Assembly: GCA_964643065.1 (NCBI GenBank)
Contig: CAZXPD010000006.1
Span: forward strand, 552-64,551
Source of the DNA: an uncultured Gammaproteobacteria bacterium
GTDB lineage: Bacteria > Cyanobacteriota > Vampirovibrionia > Gastranaerophilales > CAZEDP01
DNA length: 64,000 nucleotides
Reading direction: 5' to 3'
Shown here: piece after piece, positions 29,896 through 40,350 of the stretch
Numbering within the stretch: the first letter of the stretch is position 1
Layout: every line of letters begins with the position of its first letter
The notes under the pieces: generated by a model
Seen by the model: only the letters and a program-made list of their open reading frames with translations
Databases searched by the model: none
What the model was told of the DNA's origin: nothing
Position numbers and translations under genes: made by a program

Positions 29896-31260
29896 TTGAA
29901 CAGCTATCTTCCCCATACAGACGAAACAAGAAAAGAAATGCTCAAAGATATAGGACTCTCTTCCGTTGAAGAGCTTTTTAATCAAATCTCCTCAGACATT
30001 AAGATTAAAGGCAAAATAAGCCTCCCGGAAGGATTAAGCGAACTTGAAGTTCAAAAAGAACTGTATAAACTTTCAGAAAGAAATATAAGCTCAAAAGGTT
30101 ACATTTCTTTTCTCGGCGGGGGAGTTTATAACAGATTTATCCCGTCTTGTATTGACTTTATTTCACAGCGTTCCGAATTTCTTACGCCTTATACTCCTTA
30201 TCAACCGGAAGTCAGCCAGGGAACACTGCAGACAATCTATGAATACCAATCGCTTATATGCAATCTGACAGGCATGGATGTTTCAAATGCAGGAGTTTAT
30301 GACGGAGCCGTTGCTTGCGCAGAAGCAATTCTGATGGCAGCAAGAATAACCAAAAAGACCAAAATACTTGTATCATCAGCCTTAAACCCTGATTACAAGG
30401 AAGTTATCAAGACTTATATGCACGCAGAAAACCTATCCCTTGACTTCATCTCAATAAAAGACGGAATTACAAATTTAACGGAATTAAAAAATAAAGCTAA
30501 AGATTCAGCTTGCGTATTGTTACAAATGCCCAATTATTTAGGTTGTCCGGAAGACGTTTTTGCAGTCTCGGAAATTTGTAAAGAAACCGGAGCCAAATTC
30601 ATAGTTTGTGCGGATATTATTTCACTTGGAATCCTTAACGCTCCTTCCGCCTACAGTGCCGACATTGCAGTCGGCGATATTCAACAGCTCGGCACGAGTA
30701 TGTCCCTGGGCGGACCTCACTGCGGATTTATTGCATGTAAACAAGAGTATCTCAGGCAAATGCCCGGCAGAATAGTAGGAATGACAGTGAACAAAGACGG
30801 CGAAAGAGCGTTCACATTAACTCTTCAGTCAAGAGAACAGCATATAAGAAGAGAAAAGGCCACAAGCAACATTTGCTCAAATCAAGCCCTGATAGCGCTT
30901 CGTGCTGCTATTTATTTATCTGTAACAGGACCTAAAGGCTTAAAACAAATAAACGAAATTTCCTGCCAAAGAGCAAGATTTTTAGCTGATAGTATTAAAA
31001 AAATTGACGGTTTTGACTTGATTTCTGAAAGTTTTTTAAATGAGTTTGCGATAAAGATTGATAAAAGAATAAATGTTCAATATCTTTTGAACGAAATGAA
31101 AAAAGAAAAAATCCTTGCAGGGATTGATTTAAGCAAAAAATTTGATGAATTTGATAATTGCTTATTAGTATGTGTAACCGAAATGAATGAAACAAAAGAT
31201 TTAGAAAGGTTTATAAGTATTTTAAAAACCTGTTCCGAGAAATTGAAAGTAAAAATATGA
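29896..31260 (+). CDS. gcvPA: Glycine dehydrogenase (decarboxylating) subunit 1
   Basis: The YLPHTDETRKEML N-terminus and YTPYQPEVSQGTLQ motif. TTG start. Confidence 0.85.
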   Translation: MNSYLPHTDETRKEMLKDIGLSSVEELFNQISSDIKIKGKISLPEGLSELEVQKELYKLSERNISSKGYISFLGGGVYNRFIPSCIDFISQRSEFLTPYTPYQPEVSQGTLQTIYEYQSLICNLTGMDVSNAGVYDGAVACAEAILMAARITKKTKILVSSALNPDYKEVIKTYMHAENLSLDFISIKDGITNLTELKNKAKDSACVLLQMPNYLGCPEDVFAVSEICKETGAKFIVCADIISLGILNAPSAYSADIAVGDIQQLGTSMSLGGPHCGFIACKQEYLRQMPGRIVGMTVNKDGERAFTLTLQSREQHIRREKATSNICSNQALIALRAAIYLSVTGPKGLKQINEISCQRARFLADSIKKIDGFDLISESFLNEFAIKIDKRINVQYLLNEMKKEKILAGIDLSKKFDEFDNCLLVCVTEMNETKDLERFISILKTCSEKLKVKI

Positions 31261-32699
31261 CAAAAACAATTTTTGAAAAAAGCAAAGAAGGAAGAACGGG
31301 GATAAAACTCCCACCTGTCGGTATAAAAGAAAAGAGCTGGAAAACTTCAATTCCTTCCAATTTACTTAGGAAAGAAGCAATAGCTTTACCGCAGCTGACT
31401 GAACTTGATGTTGTTCGGCACTTCGTTGCTCTTTCTCAAAAAAATTATTGCCTGGATGCTAATTTCTATCCGCTTGGTTCATGCACAATGAAATACAATC
31501 CCAAAATCGAGGAGTTTTGTGCGAATTTACCGGGCTTTACGGATATACATCCGGAACAGAATGAAGCAGATATTCAAGGCGCATTGGAATTGATGTATAA
31601 ACTTGGGGAAGCTCTAAAATCAATAACCGGAATGGATGCAGTGTCTCTTCAACCTGCTGCCGGTGCTCACGGTGAATTTGCCGGCATGTTAATTGCCAAA
31701 AAGTATTTTGAGACGAAACAAGAAAAACGAAATAAAGTAATTATTCCGGACTCTGCCCATGGAACAAATCCGGCAAGTGCAAAAATGTGTGGCTTTGATG
31801 TCATTGAAGTTAAATCCGGACCTGACGGCATACTGGAAATTTCTGCCGTAGAAAAACTTTTAGATGAAACCGTTGCGGTAATTATGATGACAAACCCCAA
31901 TACACTGGGTTTGTTTGAAGAAAATATTAAAGAAATTTCGGAATTAGCCCATAAAAACGGATCACTTATGTATTATGACGGAGCAAATCTTAATGCAATC
32001 ATGGGTATCACAAACCCGGCTGTAATGGGTTTCGACATAATGCACATTAATCTTCATAAAACATTCGGTACTCCGCATGGTGGCGGCGGTCCGGGGGCGG
32101 GTCCCGTGCTTGTAACCGGAAAGCTCGAAGAGTTTCTTCCCATCCCCGCTGTTCGATTTGAAAATAATAATTATTACTTGGACTGCACTGCTAAAAATAC
32201 AATAGGGAAGGTAAAAGCTTTTTACGGTAATTTCGGTATTTTTGTAAGAGCTTATGCATACATACTTAGTTTAGGCAAGGATGGAATTAAAAGCACAAGC
32301 ATAGATGCCGTGCTTAATGCAAATTACTTAAAAGAAAAGCTAAAGACCTTATTGTATCTGCCTTACGATAAACCCTGCATGCATGAATTTGTTCTGTCTT
32401 TGGAAGACAAGAAACAACTCGGCATAAATACTCTTGCAGTTGCCAAAAGAATTATAGACTTTGGCATTCATCCTCCAACGATATATTTTCCGCTAATAGT
32501 ACACGAAGCTCTTATGATAGAACCGACTGAAACAGAAAACAAAGAAACCCTTGACGAGTTTATAAATGTTTTACAACAGATAAAAAATGAAATATTAACC
32601 AACCCGGAAATTCTTTTAAACACACCCTCTAAAGCTGGTTTATCAAGAGTTGACGAAACTCTTGCCGCAAGACAGCTCAATTTGAGATGGAAAGAATAA
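31257..32699 (+). CDS. gcvPB: Glycine dehydrogenase (decarboxylating) subunit 2
   Basis: PLGSCTMKYNP and the PLP-lysine region NLHKTFGTPHGGGGPG. There is a 4-nt overlap with gcvPA. Confidence 0.9.
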   Translation: MTKTIFEKSKEGRTGIKLPPVGIKEKSWKTSIPSNLLRKEAIALPQLTELDVVRHFVALSQKNYCLDANFYPLGSCTMKYNPKIEEFCANLPGFTDIHPEQNEADIQGALELMYKLGEALKSITGMDAVSLQPAAGAHGEFAGMLIAKKYFETKQEKRNKVIIPDSAHGTNPASAKMCGFDVIEVKSGPDGILEISAVEKLLDETVAVIMMTNPNTLGLFEENIKEISELAHKNGSLMYYDGANLNAIMGITNPAVMGFDIMHINLHKTFGTPHGGGGPGAGPVLVTGKLEEFLPIPAVRFENNNYYLDCTAKNTIGKVKAFYGNFGIFVRAYAYILSLGKDGIKSTSIDAVLNANYLKEKLKTLLYLPYDKPCMHEFVLSLEDKKQLGINTLAVAKRIIDFGIHPPTIYFPLIVHEALMIEPTETENKETLDEFINVLQQIKNEILTNPEILLNTPSKAGLSRVDETLAARQLNLRWKE

Positions 32700-32912
32700 A
32701 AGAGCCCTTCCATAAATTACATTAAGAAATGTAACAATTTTTTATTTTTTAATGAAACGTTTCGGTAAGATGACCGTTATATAAGTCTTTTATACGTAAT
32801 CCATAATTATGCACATAAAAATCACATTAATAAAAAAGCTAAAACATTTTCTCCATCGGTTTTTTTCTTATGCAGGCATGAAAAATAGTAAATATATCTT
32901 ATTGTAAAAGTA

Positions 32913-32940
32913 TTCAAATCATGGGATAAAGTGTTATAAT
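32913..32940 (+). promoter_or_regulatory. Candidate extended -10 promoter for the porin gene
   Basis: TTCAAA (32913-32918), a 16-nt spacer and then TGT-TATAAT (32932-32940). This would give a leader of about 130 nt. Confidence 0.3.
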
Positions 32941-33074
32941 TGATGAGTTAAAATTAAATCTTAAAAAATAATAAAGTTGGAGGTGAACTTTCACATATAT
33001 CAATTTTGTTATTCAGCAAGAGAAAATGCTACTCAGCATTGGTTTATAGAGAGTATAAGACAGGAGTTGACACT

Positions 33075-34799
33075 ATGATTTCAAAAAAAGTGACACCTTT
33101 ACTGCTCGCAGCAAGTGTTCTGGCATGCGGCTTTACCGGTGCTTTTATTAGCAACCAGTCTGCCAGCGCTATTACTCGCGTTGATGAATTATCAGATGTT
33201 CATCAAAAAGTTTGGGCTTACACTGCCTTAAAAAACCTTGTAGAAAAGTATGATGTTATTGAAGGCTACCCTGACAAGACATTCCGCGGCGCCAAGTATG
33301 CTAACCGCTATGAATTGGCAGCAGCTTTAAATGCCGTAATGAAAGCAATAGGTAAAGACATTGCAAGACTCGGCGCAGAAAAAGCTGACAAAAAAGACCT
33401 TGCGACTGTTGCAAGACTTCAGCAGGAATTTGCTAATGAACTCACAGCTCTTAAAGCAAGAACAGACGCTTTAGAAGCAAGAGCAACAAAAATTGAAGCT
33501 AAGAATGACGAGCAGGACAACAGACTTGATCTTCTCGAAAAATTGAAGATTACAGGCGATGTTAGCTTCGGTGGTTACTCTGATATCTCAGGTAACCCCG
33601 ATAACAGCTTTACTGATGGTATAAGCGCAGTCGGAAGAACAAGACTTAATTTTGCTTACCAGTTGGTTGAAGATAAAGAAGACAGCTTTGTAGGTGAAGG
33701 AACTATTAACACTCGTTTAGTAGCTGCTTTCGGAAGAAGCGGACCACTAAGTACAGATCAAGGAAGATTCTCTAGCCCGAGCGCTATTGCGTATGAAGAA
33801 AGCTATTATAACGAAGGTTTATTCCAACAAAAATCTGATTTTAACGAATTTTCAGATAGCAACAGCGTTGACTTAAGAGCAAATGCCTATGTAGATTCAG
33901 CATATTATGAACAAAAATTCAAATTAATGGGCGAAGATGAATGGAAAACCGATGTAAAAGTCATAGCCGGTTTACTTCCTTGGAGAGATATTTTCTTTAA
34001 GAGCCCGTATCAAGGCAATGAAAATACACAATTTCAAAACACTTCATTCCTAAATAATCCAGCACTTATTCCAAGTACTGGTTCACCAAGATTAGCTCTT
34101 CAATTTGAGCAAGGTCTTGGGAAGCATGCGGATTTGAAATTAAAAACCGATATGGCAGCAGTAGATGTAAGTAATGTTACAGATTTTATTTCCTTCACAA
34201 CAGAAGCTGATTTAGGCTACAACCTCGGCTTCTTGGGAGGAGGAGAAGGAAGTCTGCTTGACTTAGACGGTAACCTATTCGGTGGCTATTATTTCCTTCA
34301 TGCCAATGAAGAAGAGGCAGATGGAACAGTCAACGGTTTTTATGTTGGTTTGAATCAGGAACTTTACAAAGGTATCGGTATATTTACAAACTTTGCTCTT
34401 AATCAGGCTGGTGATGATGCAATCGTACATGGTTCATCACAATACGGAGCAAGTGATATCTTTTTCTATACCGGTGATGAATATGCAGTGAAACAAGCTT
34501 GGACATTTGGTGCACAAGTACCCGTTCAAGCTCTTCCAAGTTTCTTGACATTTGGCAAGAGACAAAACGATATCATGGGTATAGCATACTCACACATTTG
34601 GCCTAACCACATCGCTGGTAGCGATGCAAGTAGCGCAGGTTTTGTAAAACCTGAGAGAGTACTGGAAATGTACTATAATGCAAAACTTACAGACAGAATA
34701 TCAATCATACCAAGTATGCAGTTGATATTTGACAGACTTGGAAACGAAAAGAATGATACAAATATCGTTCTTGGACTTAGATCAAGCTTCTGCTTCTAG
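33075..34799 (+). CDS. Outer-membrane porin with an N-terminal SLH domain and an OprB-like beta-barrel (cyanobacterial SomA/SomB type)
   Basis: The ATG at 33075 has AGGAG 8 nt upstream. Signal peptide MISKKVTPLLLAASVLACGFTGAFISNQSASA, SLH motif (WAYTALKNLVEKYDVIEGYPDKTFRG...RYELAAAL), a coiled coil, a barrel with alternating hydrophobic residues and a C-terminal Phe. Confidence 0.75.
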   Translation: MISKKVTPLLLAASVLACGFTGAFISNQSASAITRVDELSDVHQKVWAYTALKNLVEKYDVIEGYPDKTFRGAKYANRYELAAALNAVMKAIGKDIARLGAEKADKKDLATVARLQQEFANELTALKARTDALEARATKIEAKNDEQDNRLDLLEKLKITGDVSFGGYSDISGNPDNSFTDGISAVGRTRLNFAYQLVEDKEDSFVGEGTINTRLVAAFGRSGPLSTDQGRFSSPSAIAYEESYYNEGLFQQKSDFNEFSDSNSVDLRANAYVDSAYYEQKFKLMGEDEWKTDVKVIAGLLPWRDIFFKSPYQGNENTQFQNTSFLNNPALIPSTGSPRLALQFEQGLGKHADLKLKTDMAAVDVSNVTDFISFTTEADLGYNLGFLGGGEGSLLDLDGNLFGGYYFLHANEEEADGTVNGFYVGLNQELYKGIGIFTNFALNQAGDDAIVHGSSQYGASDIFFYTGDEYAVKQAWTFGAQVPVQALPSFLTFGKRQNDIMGIAYSHIWPNHIAGSDASSAGFVKPERVLEMYYNAKLTDRISIIPSMQLIFDRLGNEKNDTNIVLGLRSSFCF

Positions 34800-34819
34800 T
34801 CTGTAAAAACAGTAAAACT

Positions 34820-34849
34820 AAAGAGCCCCGCAGTTATGCGGGGCTCTTT
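34820..34849. terminator. Bidirectional rho-independent terminator between the porin gene and aroB
   Basis: GAGCCCCGCA (34823-34832) pairs perfectly with TGCGGGGCTC (34837-34846) around a 4-nt loop, flanked by AAA and TTT. Confidence 0.75.
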
Positions 34850-34865
34850 AACTATATAATAATCA

Positions 34866-35987
34866 TTAATAAAGACTGCTTATTGCTTTCAGTATAATTT
34901 CACGGGGAATATCATCTTTAATACTCACCTTGCCCTTCGCAACAGGCATAACAAGCCTTATCTTGCCGTCTTTAACCTTCTTATCCACAGACATCGCATC
35001 TAAAACAGCAGCTTTATCAATTATTGAAGAGATCTGGTAATTTAGCCCAAAATCTTCGAGCAGGCCAATAGCTTTTTCATAATATCCTTTCTCAATCATA
35101 CCGATTTCTAATGCTATTTTAAAAACGCCTCTCATTCCGATTGCAACAGCCTGCCCATGATTTATATCCCGGTAGTTTGAGCATTTTTCTATTCCATGAC
35201 CTATTGTGTGACCAAAATTCAATATAGCTCTTAGTCCGGCTTCTTTTTCATCCTGATTTACCACGGAAGCCTTTAGCTTACAACAGTAGACAATGAGTTT
35301 TTGCATAACAGAACTGTCTAATTGAAAGATTTTTTCTTTATTTACTTCCAGAAACCCTATGAAATTCATCTCTTTTTCTTTAAGCCCGCAGGATTTTTCA
35401 ATAAAAGCATACTTTATAACTTCAGCAAGTCCCGTTTTTAACTCCTCAATAGGCAAAGTTTTTAAAGTCTCTATATCTGACAAAACCAGACAAGGCTGAT
35501 AAAAAGCGCCTATTAAGTTTTTCCCTAATTTATGATTAATTCCGGTTTTCCCACCTACGGAAGAATCTACCTGCGCCAAAAGCGTTGTTGGAATTTGAAC
35601 AAAATTTACCCCTCTTAAGTACGCGGATGCCGCAAAACCTGTTACATCACCTATAACGCCGCCTCCAAGGGCAATCATTGCATCTTTTCTTTCAAGCTTA
35701 TATTCAATAGCTTTTTGCCAAATTTTCTCCAAGGATTCTATGTTTTTATATTGCTCTCCGTCTTCCAGAATAACAAATTCAAAATTAATACCGGCATCTT
35801 TTAATGAAAGTTTTAATTTATCAGCAAATAAAGAATTAACTGTCGTATTAGTCAAAACAAGCACTTTTTTGGCATTCGTTTTTTCTTTTATAAAACAGCC
35901 TGTTTTTGCAATCAGGTTTTCTCCGATTACTATTTCATAATTCTTTTCCTGAACGGGAATTTTTATTTCAACAATTTCATTTTTCAT
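34866..35987 (-). CDS. aroB: 3-dehydroquinate synthase
   Basis: GGGVIGDVTGFAAS, PTTLLAQVDSSVGGKTGIN and NFGHTIGHGIE. Confidence 0.9.
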   Translation of the reverse strand: MKNEIVEIKIPVQEKNYEIVIGENLIAKTGCFIKEKTNAKKVLVLTNTTVNSLFADKLKLSLKDAGINFEFVILEDGEQYKNIESLEKIWQKAIEYKLERKDAMIALGGGVIGDVTGFAASAYLRGVNFVQIPTTLLAQVDSSVGGKTGINHKLGKNLIGAFYQPCLVLSDIETLKTLPIEELKTGLAEVIKYAFIEKSCGLKEKEMNFIGFLEVNKEKIFQLDSSVMQKLIVYCCKLKASVVNQDEKEAGLRAILNFGHTIGHGIEKCSNYRDINHGQAVAIGMRGVFKIALEIGMIEKGYYEKAIGLLEDFGLNYQISSIIDKAAVLDAMSVDKKVKDGKIRLVMPVAKGKVSIKDDIPREIILKAISSLY

Positions 35988-36492
35988 AATTTTTTATTTT
36001 CTGAATTATTTCTTGTGCTACATCATTATAATCTTTATTATTTGTATCTATAACAAAATGGGCTTTGAGATAAAACTCTTCACGCTGTTTCAGCAAATTT
36101 TTGAGCGTTTCTAAAGGTTTGTTGTTTTTGAGCAAGGGTCTGTCGATTTCGTTTTTTATTCTTTCAAAAAGCACTTCAGGACTTGCACTTAAATAAATCA
36201 ATATGCCGTTTTTTTTAAGATTTTGAATATTTTTCTCTCTCCTTACTGCCCCACCGCCTGTTGAAATGACAAGCCCGCTTTTTGCGGATATATCTGCAAT
36301 AATTTCTTCTTCAAGATTTCTGAAATATTCTTCTCCGAACTTTGCAAAAATCTCGTTTATTGTTATTCCTGCCTTATTTTCAATGAGCTTATCAGAATCA
36401 ACAAAGGTCTTATTAAGATTTTTTGCAAGAATTTTTCCGACAGTTGTTTTCCCTGCACCCATTAGCCCTATTAAAATAATGTTTTCAGCCAT
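35977..36492 (-). CDS. aroK: Shikimate kinase
   Basis: GLMGAGKTTVGK P-loop and STGGG. Length is 171 aa. It overlaps the aroB start by 11 nt. Confidence 0.85.
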   Translation of the reverse strand: MAENIILIGLMGAGKTTVGKILAKNLNKTFVDSDKLIENKAGITINEIFAKFGEEYFRNLEEEIIADISAKSGLVISTGGGAVRREKNIQNLKKNGILIYLSASPEVLFERIKNEIDRPLLKNNKPLETLKNLLKQREEFYLKAHFVIDTNNKDYNDVAQEIIQKIKNYEK

Positions 36493-36494
36493 TT

Positions 36495-37694
36495 TTACCT
36501 TTTTTGATAAAGATTGCGATAGTGTTCAAAATTTGTCCTTGTTTCTTCAATACTGTCACCGCCGAATTTTTCCAGAAAAGCTCCGAGAAGGACTATGTTT
36601 ATCATTGATTCGGCAACAACGCCGGCAGAAGGAACGGCACAGACGTCAGATCTTTCATAATGAGCGACATGTTCTTTGCCGCTTTCAAGATCAATTGACC
36701 GCAAAGGTTTTTTCAAAGTAGGTATCGGTTTCATGACGCCTTTAACAACTATCGGATTTCCGTTTGAAACCCCGCCCTCAATTCCTCCGGAGTGATTAGT
36801 TTTCCTTTTATATTCAGCCGATTCAGCATCCTTTGGAAGTATTTCATCATGCATCTTTGAGCCCGGTGTTTCGCTTGATGCTTTGCCTAAACCGATGCTG
36901 ACGGTTTTTATCCCGGGGATACTCATGACAGCTTGTGCAATTAATCCGTCCAACCTTTTGTCCCAATGAACATAACTTCCCAATCCTACCGGAACGCCCA
37001 ATGAAATTACTTCAAAAATTCCGCCCAAAGTATCACCGGCTTCGCCTGCTTTATTTATAGCTTCTCTCATGGCAATAGATACAGAATAATCGGCGCATCT
37101 AACCTCTGATTTTTCAGCAAATTCTCTTACAATGTTATAGTTTTCAGGCAATGAATCCGGATTTACACTAACATTCGCAATTTTAACAACATGACTGAAT
37201 GTTTCAATGTCAAAGTTCTTTAAAATATTACCCGCCAAAGCTCCTACTGCTGTTCTTATGGCGGTTTCTCTCGCACTTGAGCGTTCGAGAATATTTCTTA
37301 CATCCTGATGATTATATTTTAAAGCTCCCGGCAAATCAGCATGCCCCGGCCGCACATGAGTTATTTTTCTTTGCTGAACAGCTTCTAAGACATTTGGGTT
37401 GTTCATATCAACGGGAAGAGTTGACATAGAAACCTGCCAGTTTTCCCAGTCCTTATTTTCGATAACAAGGGATATAGGCGCGCCTGTTGTAATTCCAAAC
37501 CTGACGCCTGAGTTGATAACGGCTTTGTCATTTTCAATTTTCATTCTTTCGCCGCGGCCGTAACCCTTTTGTCTTCTTGAGAGCTGTAAATTAATATCAT
37601 CAATATCAAGACTAAATCCGGACGGAATACCTTCAATAATTGCAGTCAGGCATTTCCCGTGGGACTCTCCCGCAGTAAGAAATCTAAGCACCAT
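36495..37694 (-). CDS. aroC: Chorismate synthase
   Basis: LRFLTAGESHG, GYGRGERMKIE and the RSSARETA signature. Confidence 0.9.
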   Translation of the reverse strand: MVLRFLTAGESHGKCLTAIIEGIPSGFSLDIDDINLQLSRRQKGYGRGERMKIENDKAVINSGVRFGITTGAPISLVIENKDWENWQVSMSTLPVDMNNPNVLEAVQQRKITHVRPGHADLPGALKYNHQDVRNILERSSARETAIRTAVGALAGNILKNFDIETFSHVVKIANVSVNPDSLPENYNIVREFAEKSEVRCADYSVSIAMREAINKAGEAGDTLGGIFEVISLGVPVGLGSYVHWDKRLDGLIAQAVMSIPGIKTVSIGLGKASSETPGSKMHDEILPKDAESAEYKRKTNHSGGIEGGVSNGNPIVVKGVMKPIPTLKKPLRSIDLESGKEHVAHYERSDVCAVPSAGVVAESMINIVLLGAFLEKFGGDSIEETRTNFEHYRNLYQKR

Positions 37695-37744
37695 AAAATA
37701 AACTTTCTCTATAAATTAATCTTATTATATATTAATTTTCTGTT

Positions 37745-37778
37745 TAATAAAAAAGGGAACCTGTTGCTTGGTTCCCTT
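37745..37778 (-). terminator. Rho-independent terminator downstream of pgi
   Basis: On the minus strand, AAGGGAACC, an 8-nt loop and GGTTCCCTT form a perfect 9-bp stem followed by TTTTATT. Confidence 0.75.
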
Positions 37779-37806
37779 GAAATTTATCATTCTTTTACCT
37801 AATTCT

Positions 37807-39369
37807 TTAATTTTCTTTTAAAGCCGTTTTAACTTCTTTTTTATAAATTTCAACGTACGGCTGAAGAACTTCAGGAAGTACATCCGGATGAGCTTCGCCT
37901 TTGGAGCTTCTAAGAAGCATGCCGGTATAAATTGTAGTTAAATAGTTAAGCTCTACAAATTCTGCAATAGATTCCGGAGAAAAATCTTTCATTTCCTCAT
38001 GCATAACCGGATGTTGTTTTGAATATGCTTTTAATACACCGGTATTTGTGGCGTTATAAGGCTTATATTTTGGACTTCTGTCATTTGCCATGGTAACAAT
38101 GTTGTAGCAGGAGTTTTTATTAGCCGGATCAAGATCGCTTTCCGTTGCATAATGAAGGAAGCCGGGTCCCACGTAATCGACAGACTTACATTGAGCCTTA
38201 AGGGATTCGCTTGTCAATTGATAATTCCACAACAAGGACCCTCTAAATCTGTCTGCAAAGTAATAATTGCGGATATTCGGCTTACCGCTGTTAATTTGCT
38301 CAACGTTGAACATAGCTTTCTGTGCGGCAAGGTTATTTTCGATATCATCGCTTAAGAATTTCTGCTGAGCCTTCAGAGAAGCCTCAAGCATTTTTTTCAT
38401 GTCTTCCTTTTTCAAGCCGCAGTATGCAAGGGCGACAAGTACATGGTCGTCAAATGCGCCGAATCTGCCGCCGCAGTCATCGTGAATAATACCTGACAAG
38501 TATTTTTTCTCATTAATATTTTTTCTAAGTGTACTGCTCTTGTCACTCTTGTCAGAAATTCCTATGAAATGTTTTCTGACTTCTTCTTTTGCTTCAGCTT
38601 CTATATTCTTGTCGGAGAGCCCAAGAAGATGCTTAATTTTTGAACCGATGCCATTTTCTTTTGCAATTTTATTCGCGAAGTATTTAATATATTCTTTTTC
38701 AACGTAATTATACCCTTCACTCGGCTCAAGGGTAGTACCGGACTTAGATACAACCATAATATTGGTATCTTCCGGCTTTCCTAATCTGTCAAGGAAAGTT
38801 TTCATGCCATCAGGGTCAATACAAGCAAGGTAACTAATTTTGTTTTCCAAGCCGTACAAAGAAAGAAGGTTTTCAACGGTATGTTGAGAACCGCCTATAC
38901 CAATGATTCCCAGTTTGCCTTGGCCGCCTTGTTTTTTGACGGTTTCGGCAATGTTATAAATTTCATCAATTCTCTTTAACTGATCAACCTGTAATAAATC
39001 AATGCCCTTATTGGAAAGTTCTTCTGTTTGCAAAGCTCCTATCCAGTTTAAAAACTGTCCTTCTTTGCCGACTCTTCCTTTTAAATCTTCAATGTCTTTC
39101 TTTAAAAAATCGCCGTATTTTTCGCTTAATGTCTTAATATCCGGGCAATTCAAAAAGGTAACTTTAATATTGCTGTCGGAACTTTCAACACTGCCGCTTC
39201 CGAAATGAACATTGCTGAGATATGCTCTTTGAGTTGTAAAAGGCACGGAAGCTAAAACCGAATGATTATTGGCAACCTGATTTACGTTACTACCGTTCAA
39301 CTTAACTGCAAGTTGATTCTTTTGATTCTGTAGGACAAAAACATTTGCACTGCTGACTTTATTAATCAT
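37807..39369 (-). CDS. pgi: Glucose-6-phosphate isomerase with an N-terminal extension of about 65 aa
   Basis: GIGGSQHT, VSKSGTTLEP and GGRFG motifs. SD GAGGAA precedes the ATG at 39369, and there is no internal Met before the catalytic domain. Confidence 0.8.
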   Translation of the reverse strand: MINKVSSANVFVLQNQKNQLAVKLNGSNVNQVANNHSVLASVPFTTQRAYLSNVHFGSGSVESSDSNIKVTFLNCPDIKTLSEKYGDFLKKDIEDLKGRVGKEGQFLNWIGALQTEELSNKGIDLLQVDQLKRIDEIYNIAETVKKQGGQGKLGIIGIGGSQHTVENLLSLYGLENKISYLACIDPDGMKTFLDRLGKPEDTNIMVVSKSGTTLEPSEGYNYVEKEYIKYFANKIAKENGIGSKIKHLLGLSDKNIEAEAKEEVRKHFIGISDKSDKSSTLRKNINEKKYLSGIIHDDCGGRFGAFDDHVLVALAYCGLKKEDMKKMLEASLKAQQKFLSDDIENNLAAQKAMFNVEQINSGKPNIRNYYFADRFRGSLLWNYQLTSESLKAQCKSVDYVGPGFLHYATESDLDPANKNSCYNIVTMANDRSPKYKPYNATNTGVLKAYSKQHPVMHEEMKDFSPESIAEFVELNYLTTIYTGMLLRSSKGEAHPDVLPEVLQPYVEIYKKEVKTALKEN

Positions 39370-39470
39370 GTTTTTCCTCTTTCAAATAACTGCACTATTA
39401 CTAAATACATGAAGTAAAAACATGAAAATAATTGCTAGCAGGAATTTCTATTATTAACAAAAATTAACAA

Positions 39471-40133
39471 CTAAACTGTTTGATTTTTCTCTTCAAAAAC
39501 CTGCCGCAAAATTCCGTTGATGAAACTGTAACTTTCATCCGTGCCGTATTTTTTCGCAAGTTCAACCGCTTCGTCAATTGTTACGCTTGAGGGAATATCC
39601 TTAAAGAATAATAATTCGGTTACGGCTATCCTTAAAATATCTCTATCTATTCTAACCATCCTGTCTATATTCCAACCATCAGAATAGTTATTGATTTTGT
39701 TGTCAATTTCTTCTTTATTAGCCAGAAAACACTTTACTAGCCTGATACAATAAGCTTTGACAGCGTCTTTGTTTGCCAGGGCGTAAGTTTCTGATATATC
39801 TAATGCAAATAAAGTCTTTTCAGCAACTTCTATTAAACAATCAATTTTCTCTTTCATATCAGAGGTTAAGGGCAACTCCACAGGCATAATGGATGAACCT
39901 ATAGGCTTATCCAAGTTATCTTTATGCTCAATTTCATAATTCTGAATATATTCTTTTATATCAAAAAGCTTATCAACAGCCAACTTTAATTCATTTTCAG
40001 ATTCACTGACAATTGCCCTGATTGAAAATAAAATTATATCCTCAACAGTTTTATCTTCAAGTTCTTTAATATTTTTTATCAGCTGATAAAAAGTTAATAG
40101 TACAAGCTCTCTTGCGGATGTGCGTGCTTTCAT
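39471..40133 (-). CDS. nusB: Transcription antitermination factor NusB (long form, 220 aa)
   Basis: The ARELVLLTFYQL N-terminus and DRDILRIAVTELLF...IDEAVELAKKYGTDESYSFINGILRQV C-terminus. There is an internal expansion of about 70-80 aa. Confidence 0.75.
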   Translation of the reverse strand: MKARTSARELVLLTFYQLIKNIKELEDKTVEDIILFSIRAIVSESENELKLAVDKLFDIKEYIQNYEIEHKDNLDKPIGSSIMPVELPLTSDMKEKIDCLIEVAEKTLFALDISETYALANKDAVKAYCIRLVKCFLANKEEIDNKINNYSDGWNIDRMVRIDRDILRIAVTELLFFKDIPSSVTIDEAVELAKKYGTDESYSFINGILRQVFEEKNQTV

Positions 40134-40350
40134 GATATTGCCTTACCTGTCTCTTATCTAATTATGAAACTGTTTTTATTAAGACACAAAGATGTTTTTT
40201 TTAAAACGATTACAATAAACAACAAATACAATTTTATTGTTGCATCTTTGATAAAATGGAAATGGTGACGAATAGTTATAAAGCTCATTTTTTGAATTCA
40301 TCAACAATCCCAAAATATTTACAGATAATAGCTAAGTTAGAGGTATTTTA

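Noticed and set aside
40134-40350. AT-rich inverted repeat ACAATAAA...TTTATTGT upstream of the small secreted-protein gene.
   Set aside because: It is an 8-bp all-A/T stem in AT-rich DNA and is expected by chance. There is no associated promoter or terminator context.
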